Positions 1-10,896 of a stretch of DNA of 64,000 nucleotides are shown here, piece by piece. The notes under the pieces were generated by a model. It saw only the letters and a list, made by a program, of their open reading frames with translations, was not told the DNA's origin and did not search any database. Positions within the stretch are counted from its first letter, which is position 1; every line of letters starts with the position of its first letter. The translations under genes were made by a program, and so were the position numbers. The stretch is from Abditibacteriaceae bacterium (GTDB taxonomy: Bacteria > Armatimonadota > Abditibacteriia > Abditibacteriales > Abditibacteriaceae), in assembly GCA_965277285.1 (NCBI GenBank), contig OZ255721.1, positions 800,001 to 864,000 of the forward strand. The letters are read 5' to 3'.

Positions 1-754
1 GCATATACATGCTCTGGTTATCAAACTCCCAGGTTCCACCGCCGCCTTTCGAGAATTGTCCAGTGAAGTTTCCATCGACGTAAAAGGCGCAGTAGCCAGG
101 CTGCCAGTTAACGCCATAGGTGTGATAGGTCGATGTCGAGTTGTTCGGCGCTGTGCTCAAAGTCGGGTCCCATCCTGGCATGTGCAAGCTTTGATGATTA
201 TCCCACTGCCCGTTGATTTCTTCCGCCACATCAATTTCGCCGCAAGTCGGCCAGCCGACCGAACCAATGTTGTTGCCCAAGAACCAGAAGCAAGGCCAAT
301 AGCCTTTGCCCGCATTAGGGAATTTGCACCGCGTCTCATAGTAACCATAAGGCCCAAATGACACCCGACCCGCCGTGTTAATCCTGGCCGAATACCAAGT
401 CCCGTTAGAATTGGTGGCCTTGATCTGCATCGCCGACTGGTCAGTTCCAGTGCTGTCAGTGATCTCATGCGCGTTGTCCGCATTACTGGTATACACTTCC
501 AGTTCGTTGTTGCCCCAACCGCCGCCGCCGGTTTGATAGCCCCAATAACCGCCCGGCGTAGCAGAGTTCCGGCCATCCGAGAACTCGTCCGACCACACCA
601 ACCCCATACCTGCAGGTGGCTGAGCGTAAGACGCTTTCCCCAACCCACACAAGAGTAACGCAGACGCCGCCATAGCCATCATCTTGACAGCGCGACGGTT
701 GGTGTTTCCATTCGGGTACGATTTACTGACCTTACAATTTGACTGAGCGTGCAT
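1..754 (-). CDS. Secreted GH16 glycoside hydrolase (laminarinase/beta-1,3-glucanase-like), 3' end runs off the window
   Basis: Not in the ORF track; translated by hand from ATG at 754: signal peptide, LVWSDEF, GGGWGNNELEVY, YGYYETRCKFP, GYWPCFW, catalytic GEIDVAE, YHTYGVNW, FYVDG. Confidence 0.9.
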   Translation of the reverse strand, partial: MHAQSNCKVSKSYPNGNTNRRAVKMMAMAASALLLCGLGKASYAQPPAGMGLVWSDEFSDGRNSATPGGYWGYQTGGGGWGNNELEVYTSNADNAHEITDSTGTDQSAMQIKATNSNGTWYSARINTAGRVSFGPYGYYETRCKFPNAGKGYWPCFWFLGNNIGSVGWPTCGEIDVAEEINGQWDNHQSLHMPGWDPTLSTAPNNSTSTYHTYGVNWQPGYCAFYVDGNFTGQFSKGGGGTWEFDNQSMYM

Positions 755-1330
755 TCAAGTCTCCTGGTATCTTTCAACCTGGTATCTTTTCAACTCTGAA
801 ATGTGAGACGGACGCCGGCGAACCTTTATTCGTCTCGTGGACGCAGTAGAAGCATTCCTCGCAGCCTTAACCCAAGCCCTCCCATACAGCATTGATGCCC
901 AGATAAACCTGAAAGAGTGTCCAGAAAGTGCAGAAAAACCTTCAAACCACAGCTTGTCCTTTAGGCACATAGAAGCTGCCAAAAGGACAATCCGTTGCGT
1001 TCGGCGTTTTACGTGTTTTCTATGCAGTCCCTAAGAAGTTTGAGATCCGAGGCGCAGACATGCCTGGCTCAATGCGACCTTGTCTTAAAGTAAGGTTGAT
1101 CGTGGATTGGGGAAATTGTAGTAGGCGCTATTATAGCTGTCAAGTGAAATTATGGGCAAGTGAAATTATTAAGGAAAAGAGGATTCATCTCCATGTTTTA
1201 TATCCGATGGAAAGTCAGCGAGATGGTTGCTCGTCTCGCTGAAGAACAATCCCTTCAACATCTTCCGATACTGAAGAACTGAATTACCATCTCCTTTCAA
1301 CGGACAACTTTTATCACGGGAAGAAGCATT

Positions 1331-1358
1331 TCGCCCAATCGAGTACTCGATTGGGCGA
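1331..1358 (-). terminator. 28-bp perfect palindrome centred on the 12-mer; probable terminator of the 1401-3635 gene
   Basis: tcgcccaatcgagt|actcgattgggcga, about 40 bp past the stop codon. Confidence 0.55.
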
Positions 1359-1400
1359 GATATTTTCTGAGATTATTCATTTGGCATGACGTGGCCAGTT

Positions 1401-3635
1401 TCAACTTCCCGCGAGGTCACGCCTGACCCACAAAGTAAAAGTGACGCTGGGGCGCAAAGGATAATCGCCGACGCGCACGTAGCGGTCGCTGATGAGTGGC
1501 TGCAACTGCGCGTCCTGATCGTATTGTGGGTTCGGGTCGGTGCGGCTGATTATCAGAACTTCGTTGGTCGGGTTGATAATTTTGCCAAAATAACCGACGC
1601 CGTAGTTGCGCAAACTCCATGGCATCGGCCAGTATTCATCCGAAGTCACCGCAATCGGCATCTTATAACCCAGGCCGGAACGCGCCGCATACTCGTCAAT
1701 TTTGCGCATTAAATCGAGATAGCCACGCTGCGTGTGAACGTAAATGTAGGGATACCTTTTGATGTCACCGGGCAACATATCCACGTCTTGACCGTTGCGC
1801 TTCATCGTCCATTTCGGCAATTGAATCACGTCGCCTTTGCTGTTGCGCATCGCATCGTCGTTGTCGTAATTGATGAAATTCAAATCTCTCATTTGCGCAA
1901 TGCTCAACAATAGAAAGGGCGACAAGACGGCAGCGGTTAGCCACGTTTTTTGCGTAACATATCGAGTACTCGAATCCCGACTATTCAAATCTCGAGCACC
2001 TGAAAAACGGCTCAGCCAGGCGCCGCATTGTTGCAATGCGACGCCGCTCATCAAGGCGAAAGGTAACACGAAGTTGATCATCAGCCACGGCGTTTTATAG
2101 GGAATCAGCGAATAAGCGAGGAAGATTCCGCACGCCCACAGCGCCACGAAAACCGCGAAACGATTACTGCGCTGCCACAAAGAAAGCACGATTCCCACCA
2201 ATCCCAAAACAAAAATCGTCGGCTCAATGGTCAGCATCCACACCAGATAAGTGAGCAATGGTTTCGCTTGAAAATCGCTTTCACCAGTTTTACGCCACAC
2301 ATCGTAAGCCGAGAAAAAGTTCGCCATTCCTTCATGGTAATAATCGCGGCTAAACGACGAAAAGAAGAACGCGATCACGATCCAGAACAAGGAAACGGCG
2401 CCCAGAGCCACCGCAACCAGGCGCCAATCGAGCCAGAAAAGCGCACGCGATTCGTTCTCGTCCGCGTTTCGAGTACTCGATAAGGCCGCTTTTCGCAGTT
2501 GCCCTTTTTCGCACAAGAGCCACGTCAGCGCGCCGGAAAACAACAAAACAATCACGGAAATCGGCGCCGTTTCTTTGGAGCCGAACAACAGTGCGAGCGA
2601 TACCGCCGCTACAAAAACTCCGCTGCGATTTCCCAGAGGCCGCGCCAGCGTAACCGCCACGCAAAAGCCCAGCGACATTAGCAAAAATTGAAACTTGGTG
2701 ATCGTCAGAGAATCAATTTGACGGCTTTGCACCCAATCGCCCAGCGCGTGCGAGCTAAAAATTCCCGCCACGAACACCGACAACAGCGCTGGCCACCACC
2801 ACGCGCCGCGCGGACGAAAGCGCAGCATCGCCACCACCGCCAGTAGCGTGAAAAACACGAACTGCATTTCGTGGATGAAGTAGCGCGAAATGTAAACCAT
2901 GCCGGGCGAAATCGCCAGCAAAGCGGTCGCGCACAACGTCGCCCAACTTCCCAGATGGCGCCGCAAACTCAACACCAGCGCGAGCACGCCCATTCCGAAA
3001 AACGCCGGAATCATGCGCAACGCGATCTCGTTGAAGCCCGGCTTGCCCAGAAAAAACGTGTTGAGATAAGACGTGAAGAGCGCGAAGTAGTACAACGTCG
3101 GACCGTGAAAATTAGTCGGATTGTATTGGTAAGTACCTTTATGAAACAACGTGTCGAGAAACACGCCGTTGACGCCTTCGTCGTGGTGAAACGGCACAAA
3201 ATCGAGTTGCCAGAAGCGCAACGCCGCTGCTACCAGCAAAATCGTGCCCGCCAAAAGGCGCCACGCACGCGGCGAAAGATCGTTTTTAATCGCAGCGTCG
3301 TTCTTCGTTTCCTCGGCGCGTGTTGCCGTAAAAACCGCTGGCGCCGATCTCGCGTTTGTTTTCGGGACGTTTGTTCTGGACGCGCTCATCGGGCGCGCGT
3401 TGGAGCGACGCGTTGCCGGCGACGTTTGACGAGCCTGAGTTTGCGTCGGCCTGGCCGCGACGTTTTGGTTTTGAGCGCTCGCCTCGCGCACATCAGCGTT
3501 GGACAAAAGAGCGCCCGATTCCGATGACGTAGAAGCTGGCGCATCAAGAGGCGCGGTGGATTGCGGCGCGTTCTGCGGATTTTGGTTGGCGTTTTGAGCC
3601 GCGCGCTTAGCGCGTCGTGTAGAGCGTGTACTCAC
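1401..3635 (-). CDS. TIGR03663/Agl23-like membrane GT-C glycosyltransferase-family protein
   Basis: FHHDEG, YNPTNFHGPTLYY, SRYFIHE, SKET, YKTPW and YWPMPW motifs; many TM segments; low-complexity N-terminus. Confidence 0.75.
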   Translation of the reverse strand: MSTRSTRRAKRAAQNANQNPQNAPQSTAPLDAPASTSSESGALLSNADVREASAQNQNVAARPTQTQARQTSPATRRSNARPMSASRTNVPKTNARSAPAVFTATRAEETKNDAAIKNDLSPRAWRLLAGTILLVAAALRFWQLDFVPFHHDEGVNGVFLDTLFHKGTYQYNPTNFHGPTLYYFALFTSYLNTFFLGKPGFNEIALRMIPAFFGMGVLALVLSLRRHLGSWATLCATALLAISPGMVYISRYFIHEMQFVFFTLLAVVAMLRFRPRGAWWWPALLSVFVAGIFSSHALGDWVQSRQIDSLTITKFQFLLMSLGFCVAVTLARPLGNRSGVFVAAVSLALLFGSKETAPISVIVLLFSGALTWLLCEKGQLRKAALSSTRNADENESRALFWLDWRLVAVALGAVSLFWIVIAFFFSSFSRDYYHEGMANFFSAYDVWRKTGESDFQAKPLLTYLVWMLTIEPTIFVLGLVGIVLSLWQRSNRFAVFVALWACGIFLAYSLIPYKTPWLMINFVLPFALMSGVALQQCGAWLSRFSGARDLNSRDSSTRYVTQKTWLTAAVLSPFLLLSIAQMRDLNFINYDNDDAMRNSKGDVIQLPKWTMKRNGQDVDMLPGDIKRYPYIYVHTQRGYLDLMRKIDEYAARSGLGYKMPIAVTSDEYWPMPWSLRNYGVGYFGKIINPTNEVLIISRTDPNPQYDQDAQLQPLISDRYVRVGDYPLRPSVTFTLWVRRDLAGS

Positions 3636-5823
3636 CTTGTTGCGTCACCTTCTTCCATTTATTCCAATATTCGGGCGGCGCCAGCATTTGCGGCGGGTTC
3701 AAATGCGCCAAATAATCGCGTTCTTGCGGCCCGATGATAAACGCTGTCGCGCCATACTTTTCGAGTACTCGATCGCTGCCCGCATCGCCGCGCAGGAAAC
3801 TTTGTACGTCGGTTTCGCGCGTGCCGTAATCAATGCCGTACGACGCCAGATGACCGTTGTAACCCATGACTGAAATCTTTCCGCTCAGGCAAATCGGCGA
3901 GTTATAAATCGGCGCATGAAGCACGACGGTTCCGCGCGGCAAATCGCGCATGACACTGGCCAGAGCTATTCCATCGCGGTCAAAATTGCGCTGTTCGAGT
4001 TGCCCGTTCGCGCCATGCCAGATGTCGAGCGCGCCCGCGGCAGTCAAAGTGAAAAACAAAAAAGCCGCCAATCCGCGTCGCCAATGACGTGCGCGCCACA
4101 AATGCGCCAGTCCCAGCGATGCAAACGGGCTGGCGATCACAAACCAGTAAATCAGGATTTTGTTATTGTCCCAAATCCACGGCGCGAAACGGAACAAGTT
4201 CGGCATCACGAAACCTATCGTCACAAATACCGAAAGCCACAGCGCCGCATTGCGCCATTCGACATCTTGCCATGCCCAATTTTCGCCTTCCCGATTTTCG
4301 TCTTTCGTTCGCGGCCAGCAACGCGCGACGATAAATGGCACCAACGCAAAATAGAATGCGACAAGCACGCGGAGATAGAGTGCAACACGCGCGTGCAGCC
4401 CGAGCGGGTCAAAGATGCCGGTTTCGCGCGACACCAGGTTCAACGCCAAAAGAGGAATCCAGAAGAACGAGAAACGCTTGAGCGCCGCGCGACTATCCTT
4501 TCGCTTCCACAACACATAAAAAATCAGCGGCCAGAAAGCGCCGGTGTTTTGCAGCCAGAAGACGAAGATATTAGCGTCGCCCTTGTCCCAGCCAAAGTTC
4601 CAGGCGAAAAATGCTCCCGGAACGATCTTGGCCTGGCTGTGTCGCGCGAAGAAATAATAAGCGAGTTCAATCGCGGCAATCGGCGCCAGAGCAACGAAAT
4701 AAAATTGCCAGTCGCGTTTTGCGCCCGCGCCCAAAGGTTGAATTAGAAACGCGAGATAAACGCTGGTCAACGCCACGACAAGAAACGTGTGCGAATGAAT
4801 CAGCGGCAGCATCGAAACGAGAAAACCCGCTGCCAGCAAAGGATGAAAACGCGGGCGCTGACCACCTTCCAGTTGATTTCGACCGGTGAAAAAACGCCAC
4901 CACAAGAGAAAAACGACCAGCGCCAGCGGCAATCCCAACATCAGGCTGCGCTGCGTCACGAACAGCGTGGTCAGCGCGTTGCACCAGCGCCACGTCGCAA
5001 TGGCGTTGGTATATTGGCGCGGCATATGCGCCAGCACTTCGCGGAAACCCGTCGCGCTGTCGCTCGAGTCGCTGATAAAAGCGATCCAGCCCAGGCCGCC
5101 CGTAAAAATTACCAGATACGGCGCGATCAACGCCGCCAATCGGTCGCGCACCAGTTCGAGCGACAAGCGATGCAGCAAAATCGCCATCGCAAACGCCAAC
5201 ATCTCGGTTTGCATCACGACCGCAAAAGGAAATGAGGCGCCCAAACGTAGCCAGATCGCGGTCAGGAAATCGGGTAAAAACGGATAAACGAAAAGGCTGC
5301 CAGCATAAATCGGACTTTGCGGCGGATAATTTCCGCCCCACGCGAAGCCGGTCATAATCTGAAAGTGCAGCGTCAAATCGCCGATGTTGGTTTCATACGC
5401 CGTATAAAGCCCGTCCGGTTTCTCGTAGGAAACGCGCGACATCGCCCACGCCAGAACGCACAGCAACAATCCCAGCACGATAATTTCAACCCAACGAACC
5501 AGCGGCGATGTTGTGTTTGGCGCGCCGCTTTTCGAGTACTCGATGTCGCGCCTGGTGGCTTGAGTGATGTCGCGCCGCAAACCTTCGCGCCAAACAGCGC
5601 GCGTTAGGAAAACTGGAATCGCTAAAATCGCGCTCGACAACAAAATGCTGGCGGCGTTCAAGCCAAGAATGCACGCCAACGCAAAAGTCAACGTCGCAAA
5701 GAGCGCGAAGCTGGTGCAGATGCCAATTGCCGCGCGCACCATCAGCGGCGACGTTTGGTCGTAAAGGTAAGTCAACAAAGTGCCGCCAAACGCGACTAGA
5801 AAAGCGAGAAGAAGCGCAAACAT
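3607..5823 (-). CDS. Polytopic membrane protein, GT-C-like
   Basis: Long hydrophobic ORF; likely start MFALLLAF at 5823 because the ORF-track extension overlaps the opposite-strand gene; NIGDLTLH and YPFLPDFL motifs. Confidence 0.6.
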   Translation of the reverse strand: MFALLLAFLVAFGGTLLTYLYDQTSPLMVRAAIGICTSFALFATLTFALACILGLNAASILLSSAILAIPVFLTRAVWREGLRRDITQATRRDIEYSKSGAPNTTSPLVRWVEIIVLGLLLCVLAWAMSRVSYEKPDGLYTAYETNIGDLTLHFQIMTGFAWGGNYPPQSPIYAGSLFVYPFLPDFLTAIWLRLGASFPFAVVMQTEMLAFAMAILLHRLSLELVRDRLAALIAPYLVIFTGGLGWIAFISDSSDSATGFREVLAHMPRQYTNAIATWRWCNALTTLFVTQRSLMLGLPLALVVFLLWWRFFTGRNQLEGGQRPRFHPLLAAGFLVSMLPLIHSHTFLVVALTSVYLAFLIQPLGAGAKRDWQFYFVALAPIAAIELAYYFFARHSQAKIVPGAFFAWNFGWDKGDANIFVFWLQNTGAFWPLIFYVLWKRKDSRAALKRFSFFWIPLLALNLVSRETGIFDPLGLHARVALYLRVLVAFYFALVPFIVARCWPRTKDENREGENWAWQDVEWRNAALWLSVFVTIGFVMPNLFRFAPWIWDNNKILIYWFVIASPFASLGLAHLWRARHWRRGLAAFLFFTLTAAGALDIWHGANGQLEQRNFDRDGIALASVMRDLPRGTVVLHAPIYNSPICLSGKISVMGYNGHLASYGIDYGTRETDVQSFLRGDAGSDRVLEKYGATAFIIGPQERDYLAHLNPPQMLAPPEYWNKWKKVTQQGEYTLYTTR

Positions 5824-5976
5824 GAAAAGAATTGGAGCGACCAGAGTCGGAATTTTAACGCCGCTTTCGAGTACTCGATACGCCACGAAGTTCCACGAAC
5901 CGGCCACAACAAGATAAAGTGTGATTGGGCGAAGCGCTTTTATTATACAGCGCTCTTCTTTCACGCTGTCAAACTT

Positions 5977-6414
5977 ATGACTTCTTCTTCCCAATTTCGC
6001 GTTCAAAAAGTGGTTCGAGCCGCGTGTGGCACGGTTTTTTTGGGCGCTGGCGCCTTCAAATTGTTGGTGCCCTTCGGCGACTTTCTGGCAAAAATGGGCG
6101 TTCCTTTGCCGCACCTGGCCGGAAGCGCGGTCGCGTTGCTGGAAATCACAGGCGGCGCGACGTTGCTTTTCCATCGGCGCCTGAAGTTTTTGCCGTTCAG
6201 ATGGCGCACTCTTCTGGTGCGCTTGCTCTGTCTTGGCTTAGCCGTCGACATGATTTTCGCTATCGGTTTGGTCGGCGTTCCAGGTAAGCGCGGTCACACT
6301 TACAACTTCAGTGGGCATGAAATCGGCGGTGAAATCTGGCGCCTGCCACTCGAAATCTTTTTGCTGCTGGCAATGATCTGGTTCATATTTCGCTCGCCTG
6401 TTGAAAACGATTGA
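5977..6414 (+). CDS. DoxX-family membrane protein
   Basis: VFLGAGAFK...MGVPLP...ALLEITGG pattern, about 4 TM segments. Confidence 0.65.
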   Translation: MTSSSQFRVQKVVRAACGTVFLGAGAFKLLVPFGDFLAKMGVPLPHLAGSAVALLEITGGATLLFHRRLKFLPFRWRTLLVRLLCLGLAVDMIFAIGLVGVPGKRGHTYNFSGHEIGGEIWRLPLEIFLLLAMIWFIFRSPVEND

Positions 6415-6502
6415 AAACTGCGCCGTCGTTTCAACTAACCTCTAACCACGCGTAAGCAAACGGACTTTATTGAGACTTGAATGGTTCGAGTTGCTCCGTG
6501 CA

Positions 6503-6692
6503 GTAGCCAGCGAGTGAACTCGCGGCTGGGCGGCGTGCGCCGCGTCGTCAGCCTACGCCGACGAAAAGCACTTGTAGCCTCGCGTCGGCGCAGGCTGTTG
6601 GGCGCCCATTGAAAGACAATGACTTGTTTTTCAATGGGCTGATCGCCTCGTTGCGAAGCAACGCCCAGCCGCGACTTCAGTCGCTGGCGCAC
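6503..6692. repeat. REP/MITE-like inverted-repeat element (CAGCGACTGAAGTCGCGG family)
   Basis: Imperfect ~30-bp terminal IRs plus an internal hairpin; related to 20264-20377. Confidence 0.6.
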
Positions 6693-6711
6693 TTCGGCTA
6701 AACTGCCGCGA

Positions 6712-7884
6712 ATGAACACCAATTCCAACGCTTTTGAAATGCACAAGACGCGCGTGCGCATGGACGATGGACGCACTCTTGCCTACTACGATTTCGCGGC
6801 GCAAAACGAAACTCCGCCATTCTTAGCGCAACACGAAGCAGCGGCCAAAGCCGATCCGCCGACTGGCCCGCGTATTTTGCCCAGTCCGCCGGAAATGCGC
6901 TGGAACCCGACTTTGGGCGAATGGACGGTTTACGCCGCCAGCCGCATGAGTCGCCCGATGTTGCCCTCGAAAGACGCGTGTCCACTTTGTCCCGGCGTGC
7001 TGGAATTGCCCTTGCCGTATCAAGTCGCCATCTTTGAAAACCGCGCGCCTTCGATGGCTTTTATTCCCGGCGATGTTGAACTTGCCAACCCGACCGAAGC
7101 CTTTGAACTAACGGCTCCCGCGCGCGGTCGCTGCGACATCGTGGTTTATTCGCAGCAACACGATGCGAAACTTTTTCAAATGCCAGTTAATGAAATCGCG
7201 TGTTTAGTCGAAGCGTGGCGCGACCGTTACAGCGAACTTGTCGCGCAGCCGGAAATCAAGTGCGTGGCGATTTTTGAAAACAAAGGCCGCGAAGCCGGAA
7301 TGACTTTGGATCATCCGCACGGACAGATTTACTCTTTCCCGTTTTTGCCGCCAACGCAACTCGCGCAATGGAACCAAACGCAAAGTTTCGCGGTTCGCGG
7401 CGACAATTTGTGGAATCGAGTACTCGAAAAGGAGTTGCGCGACGGCAATCGCATCATCGCGCAAACCGATGGTTTTCTCGCGGCGCAGCCGTTTTACGCG
7501 CGCTATCCGTATGAAGTCCACATCTGGGCGAAGCGCGACGGCGTCAATTCACTTTTGGAAATGACGCCACAAGAACGCGGCGAACTGGCGGCGATGCTGA
7601 AAAATATTGCCACGCGCTATGAAAACCTGTGGCCAAATTCCACTTATGGTTTTCCGACCTTGATGATGATGAACCAACTTTCCAACGTTCCGCAGGCCGA
7701 GCAATACCGCTTTCACATCGAGCTTTTGCCGTTGCAGCGCAGCCCCGACAAACTGAAATATCGCGCCAGCGTCGAAAGTGGCACCGGAACTTTCCTCAAC
7801 GACGCCTTGCCCGAAACCCAAGCCGCCGAATTGCGCGAAGTGGCGCCCCAAGAAGTCGAATTGCCGACGATTTCGTTTGAGTAG
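6712..7884 (+). CDS. galT: Galactose-1-phosphate uridylyltransferase
   Basis: RWNP, CPLCPG, FENKG, HPHGQ catalytic motif, YPYEVHI. Confidence 0.9.
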   Translation: MNTNSNAFEMHKTRVRMDDGRTLAYYDFAAQNETPPFLAQHEAAAKADPPTGPRILPSPPEMRWNPTLGEWTVYAASRMSRPMLPSKDACPLCPGVLELPLPYQVAIFENRAPSMAFIPGDVELANPTEAFELTAPARGRCDIVVYSQQHDAKLFQMPVNEIACLVEAWRDRYSELVAQPEIKCVAIFENKGREAGMTLDHPHGQIYSFPFLPPTQLAQWNQTQSFAVRGDNLWNRVLEKELRDGNRIIAQTDGFLAAQPFYARYPYEVHIWAKRDGVNSLLEMTPQERGELAAMLKNIATRYENLWPNSTYGFPTLMMMNQLSNVPQAEQYRFHIELLPLQRSPDKLKYRASVESGTGTFLNDALPETQAAELREVAPQEVELPTISFE

Positions 7885-7890
7885 TTCACT

Positions 7891-8300
7891 TCAAGTCGCT
7901 TCTGCTGCAAAGGGCGATCTGCGCAGGTAAAGTTTCATCCAAACGCCAGTTTCCCATTCGTTGCATAAAAACAATGAGAAACCTGGCGTTTGGACTTCTA
8001 TCTCGTTTTGATAACGCACACGAAAATTTGCGTGGCCTCCATATGGATTGTTCAGAAAACGAAATCCAATGTTAGCCAGAGCCGGACGAAAAGCAAGCGC
8101 AAAACAATCTTCTTTTCACCCGTCAAATGAGAAGTCAAAACCCAATCCGCATTGTCGCTTTTGCTGTCGTTTTGGCGCCGTTTGTAATCGGTTTCGATAA
8201 CGCCCGCGTCTTCTTTCAGCAAAATGTCAAGCAGGAAATCAGCATACTCGCTAATGTCTTGCGGCTCGGTCGTGAGCTTACGGATTTCGATTATCGCCAT
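7891..8300 (-). pseudogene. Small hypothetical gene, apparently frameshifted near 8095
   Basis: The 82-aa ORF continues in another open frame (AFRPALANIGFRFLNNPYGG...) to TGA at 7891. Confidence 0.3.
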
Positions 8301-8329
8301 AAAATCTGCCTTTCGAGTACTCGAAAGCG

Positions 8330-9418
8330 TTATTGCGCGGGCATTAATTGCGCGACTTCGGCGTGGGTTTGCGGTGTGTCGGAATCGCTGGAATTCAGTT
8401 TTTGCAGGTTCCAGCGCAAGGTATTTGTCAGGCGGCTGCCGACTGTCATCAGGCGCATCGGCGTCATAATTTCGAGTTCGATGTAATGTTTGGGCGAATC
8501 GGGTTCGGCGCTATCGTACAGTTCGACGGGAAAACCGGCGTTTTCCGGCCCGTCGGGATAAGGGCCGCTGTCGAAGTGCGATTTCTCGACGAAAGCGACA
8601 TCGCCTTTGACTGCGACAAAAGCGACGATATGCGAATCAACGCCGACTTTATAGCCGCCGGGCGGCGTGTCTTTGGTCATTTGAATCGGCCTGATGCGCA
8701 GCAAGGTCGGCGTGACAGCTTGCACATCAGCGCCGGGTTTCGCCTGACCGTTGAGCCACATAAAGTTGTTTTTGTAAACGCTCTGCGGGTTGAGCGGAAA
8801 ATAAATCGCGTCCGGCTGCGTTTGCGAAATGTTCCAAATCGACAGCAACATTGGCGCGCCCGCTACTTTCTCCGCGGTTTGCGTGATTTGCAGTTCGCCC
8901 GCAGCGTCCATTGCATATTCGCGGATGATGCGCACGCCAGCGCGCTCTGCCACCGGACTGGTCGTACGCAAACGCGCGCCTGGCAAAACTTCGGCGCGAA
9001 ACGGTGAATTATCCCACGCTTTGTCGGGCGGCCACGAGGTGCCGCTGGTCGCCGGCCACCAAGTTTGTGGCGCGAACCAGTTTTTATCGCCGCCCCAGTT
9101 TTTCCAAACGCCCAAAGTCGGGTCTTGCGACGGATTGTTCCACAACACGTTTTGGCCGCCCACGAAACGATACGTCATCACGCGCGACAAGGCCGGAACC
9201 ACAACCGCTTCGGTGCGCCCATCGCTCAAGCGAAACGCTGCATAGCCGCGATATGTTGTGCGCGTCAACTGCGCGCGCGGATTGGGCTGAAAAGCCGTTT
9301 TTGAATCGGACGCTGATGCTGTCTGAGCTTTGGACGGCGCAACCGAGAAAGCAGTCGACAAAGCGAGCACGGTAACAAACACTTTGCGAGAATCGAGTAC
9401 TCGAATCAAAAGGATCAC
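8330..9418 (-). CDS. Secreted DUF4380-like (aldose-epimerase-fold) protein
   Basis: Signal-like N-terminus, GQNVLW, WGGDKNWFAPQ, YIELE; start uncertain. Confidence 0.55.
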   Translation of the reverse strand: MILLIRVLDSRKVFVTVLALSTAFSVAPSKAQTASASDSKTAFQPNPRAQLTRTTYRGYAAFRLSDGRTEAVVVPALSRVMTYRFVGGQNVLWNNPSQDPTLGVWKNWGGDKNWFAPQTWWPATSGTSWPPDKAWDNSPFRAEVLPGARLRTTSPVAERAGVRIIREYAMDAAGELQITQTAEKVAGAPMLLSIWNISQTQPDAIYFPLNPQSVYKNNFMWLNGQAKPGADVQAVTPTLLRIRPIQMTKDTPPGGYKVGVDSHIVAFVAVKGDVAFVEKSHFDSGPYPDGPENAGFPVELYDSAEPDSPKHYIELEIMTPMRLMTVGSRLTNTLRWNLQKLNSSDSDTPQTHAEVAQLMPAQ

Positions 9419-9586
9419 ATCCTTGAACGTTTTACGTCGAACGTTTTGCGTTGAACGTTTTACGTTTTGCGTTACAGCGGGAATGGCTTCGATATTACCG
9501 CAAAACGCCGAAATTTCAAAACTGGCACGTTGTAACCGCGAATTAGCAATGGCGAAATTATGCGCGTTGCGGTAAACCTTGACGCC

Positions 9587-10762
9587 ATGAACCTCAACAA
9601 CAACCTAAATCACACTTCCGACATCAACACTGTTTTTAGGCAACGTTTCGGCGACGATGCGCAGGCTTTCACCGTGCGTGCGCCGGGTCGCGTCAACCTG
9701 ATTGGCGAGCACGTCGATTATAACGGCGGCCTGGTTTTGCCGATGGCGCTTTCGCTGCAAACGACGTTGCGCGTGCGTCCGCGCGAAGACAATATCGTCA
9801 AGCTTTATGCGACCGAATTCGATGACGAGCAAGAATTTGCGCTGGACAACGTGCAGAAACGCGGCTCGTGGATCGATTACGTTCAAGGAGTCGCCGATGA
9901 ATTGCAAAAACGCGGCATTCCATTGCGCGGTTTTGAAGGCGTTATCGAAAGCACGATTCCGATTGCGTCCGGCTTGAGTTCGTCCGCCGCGATTGAAGTC
10001 GGCAGTTGTCTGGCGTTTTTGCACATCATCGAGTACTCGATGTCGCCCAGCGATGTCGCGGTCTTGTGCCAGGGAGCCGAAAACAAATTTATCGGCGTCA
10101 ATTCGGGAATTATGGATCAAATGGCGGTCGCGGCCTGCGAGAAAGACCACGCGTTGCTGCTCGATTGCCGCGATTTAGCGATGCGTCAAGTGCCATTCAA
10201 GCTAAACGAGTACTCGATTGTGGTGACTGATAGCGGCGCGCCGCGCGAACTGGCGTCTTCGGCTTATAACGAACGCCGTGCGCAATGCGAAGAAGGCCTG
10301 GCGATTTTGCAGAAGTTTTTGCCCAACGCGAAATCGCTGCGCGATGTTTCACCGGAAGACTTGGACAAATATGAAAACGAATTGTCGCCGGTTGTAAGAG
10401 ATCGCGTGCGCCACATCGTCGAAGAAATCGCGCGCACGCAAGAAGCGGTTTTCGTTCTCGAAGCGGGCGAACTGACGCGTTTCGGGCAACTGATGAACGA
10501 ATCGCATTTTTCCCTGCGCGATTTGTATCAGGTTTCCAGCCGCGAATTAGATTGGCTGACCGATTGGGCGCGTTCGCAAGATGGCGTTTTAGGTTCTCGC
10601 ATGACGGGCGCCGGCTTCGGCGGCTGCACGGTTTCACTGGTGAGCAAAGCCAACGTCGCCGATTTTATGCAGCGCCAACCCATCGAGTACTCGAATGCGA
10701 CTGGACGAACCGCGCGTTGCTGGGAATGCGAAGCGGCTCAAGGCGCGCAGATCGTTGCGTGA
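9587..10762 (+). CDS. galK: Galactokinase
   Basis: APGRVNLIGEHVDY, PIASGLSSSAA, GIMDQ, GSRMTGAGFGGC. Confidence 0.95.
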   Translation: MNLNNNLNHTSDINTVFRQRFGDDAQAFTVRAPGRVNLIGEHVDYNGGLVLPMALSLQTTLRVRPREDNIVKLYATEFDDEQEFALDNVQKRGSWIDYVQGVADELQKRGIPLRGFEGVIESTIPIASGLSSSAAIEVGSCLAFLHIIEYSMSPSDVAVLCQGAENKFIGVNSGIMDQMAVAACEKDHALLLDCRDLAMRQVPFKLNEYSIVVTDSGAPRELASSAYNERRAQCEEGLAILQKFLPNAKSLRDVSPEDLDKYENELSPVVRDRVRHIVEEIARTQEAVFVLEAGELTRFGQLMNESHFSLRDLYQVSSRELDWLTDWARSQDGVLGSRMTGAGFGGCTVSLVSKANVADFMQRQPIEYSNATGRTARCWECEAAQGAQIVA

Positions 10763-10896
10763 AACGTGAAGATTCGCGTTCAGAGCGCGTTTTGCGACTT
10801 GTTTTACAACCTCTCAAAATCAGAGCTGCTACGAATCACACTTTGAAGAAGGGCCAAGTGTTCCGCATTTGGTAGTGATTCAGTGCGTGAGTTCCT

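Noticed and set aside
56..658. ORF-track ORFs 56-361, 157-648 and 467-658
   Set aside because: Shadow frames of the GH16 gene.
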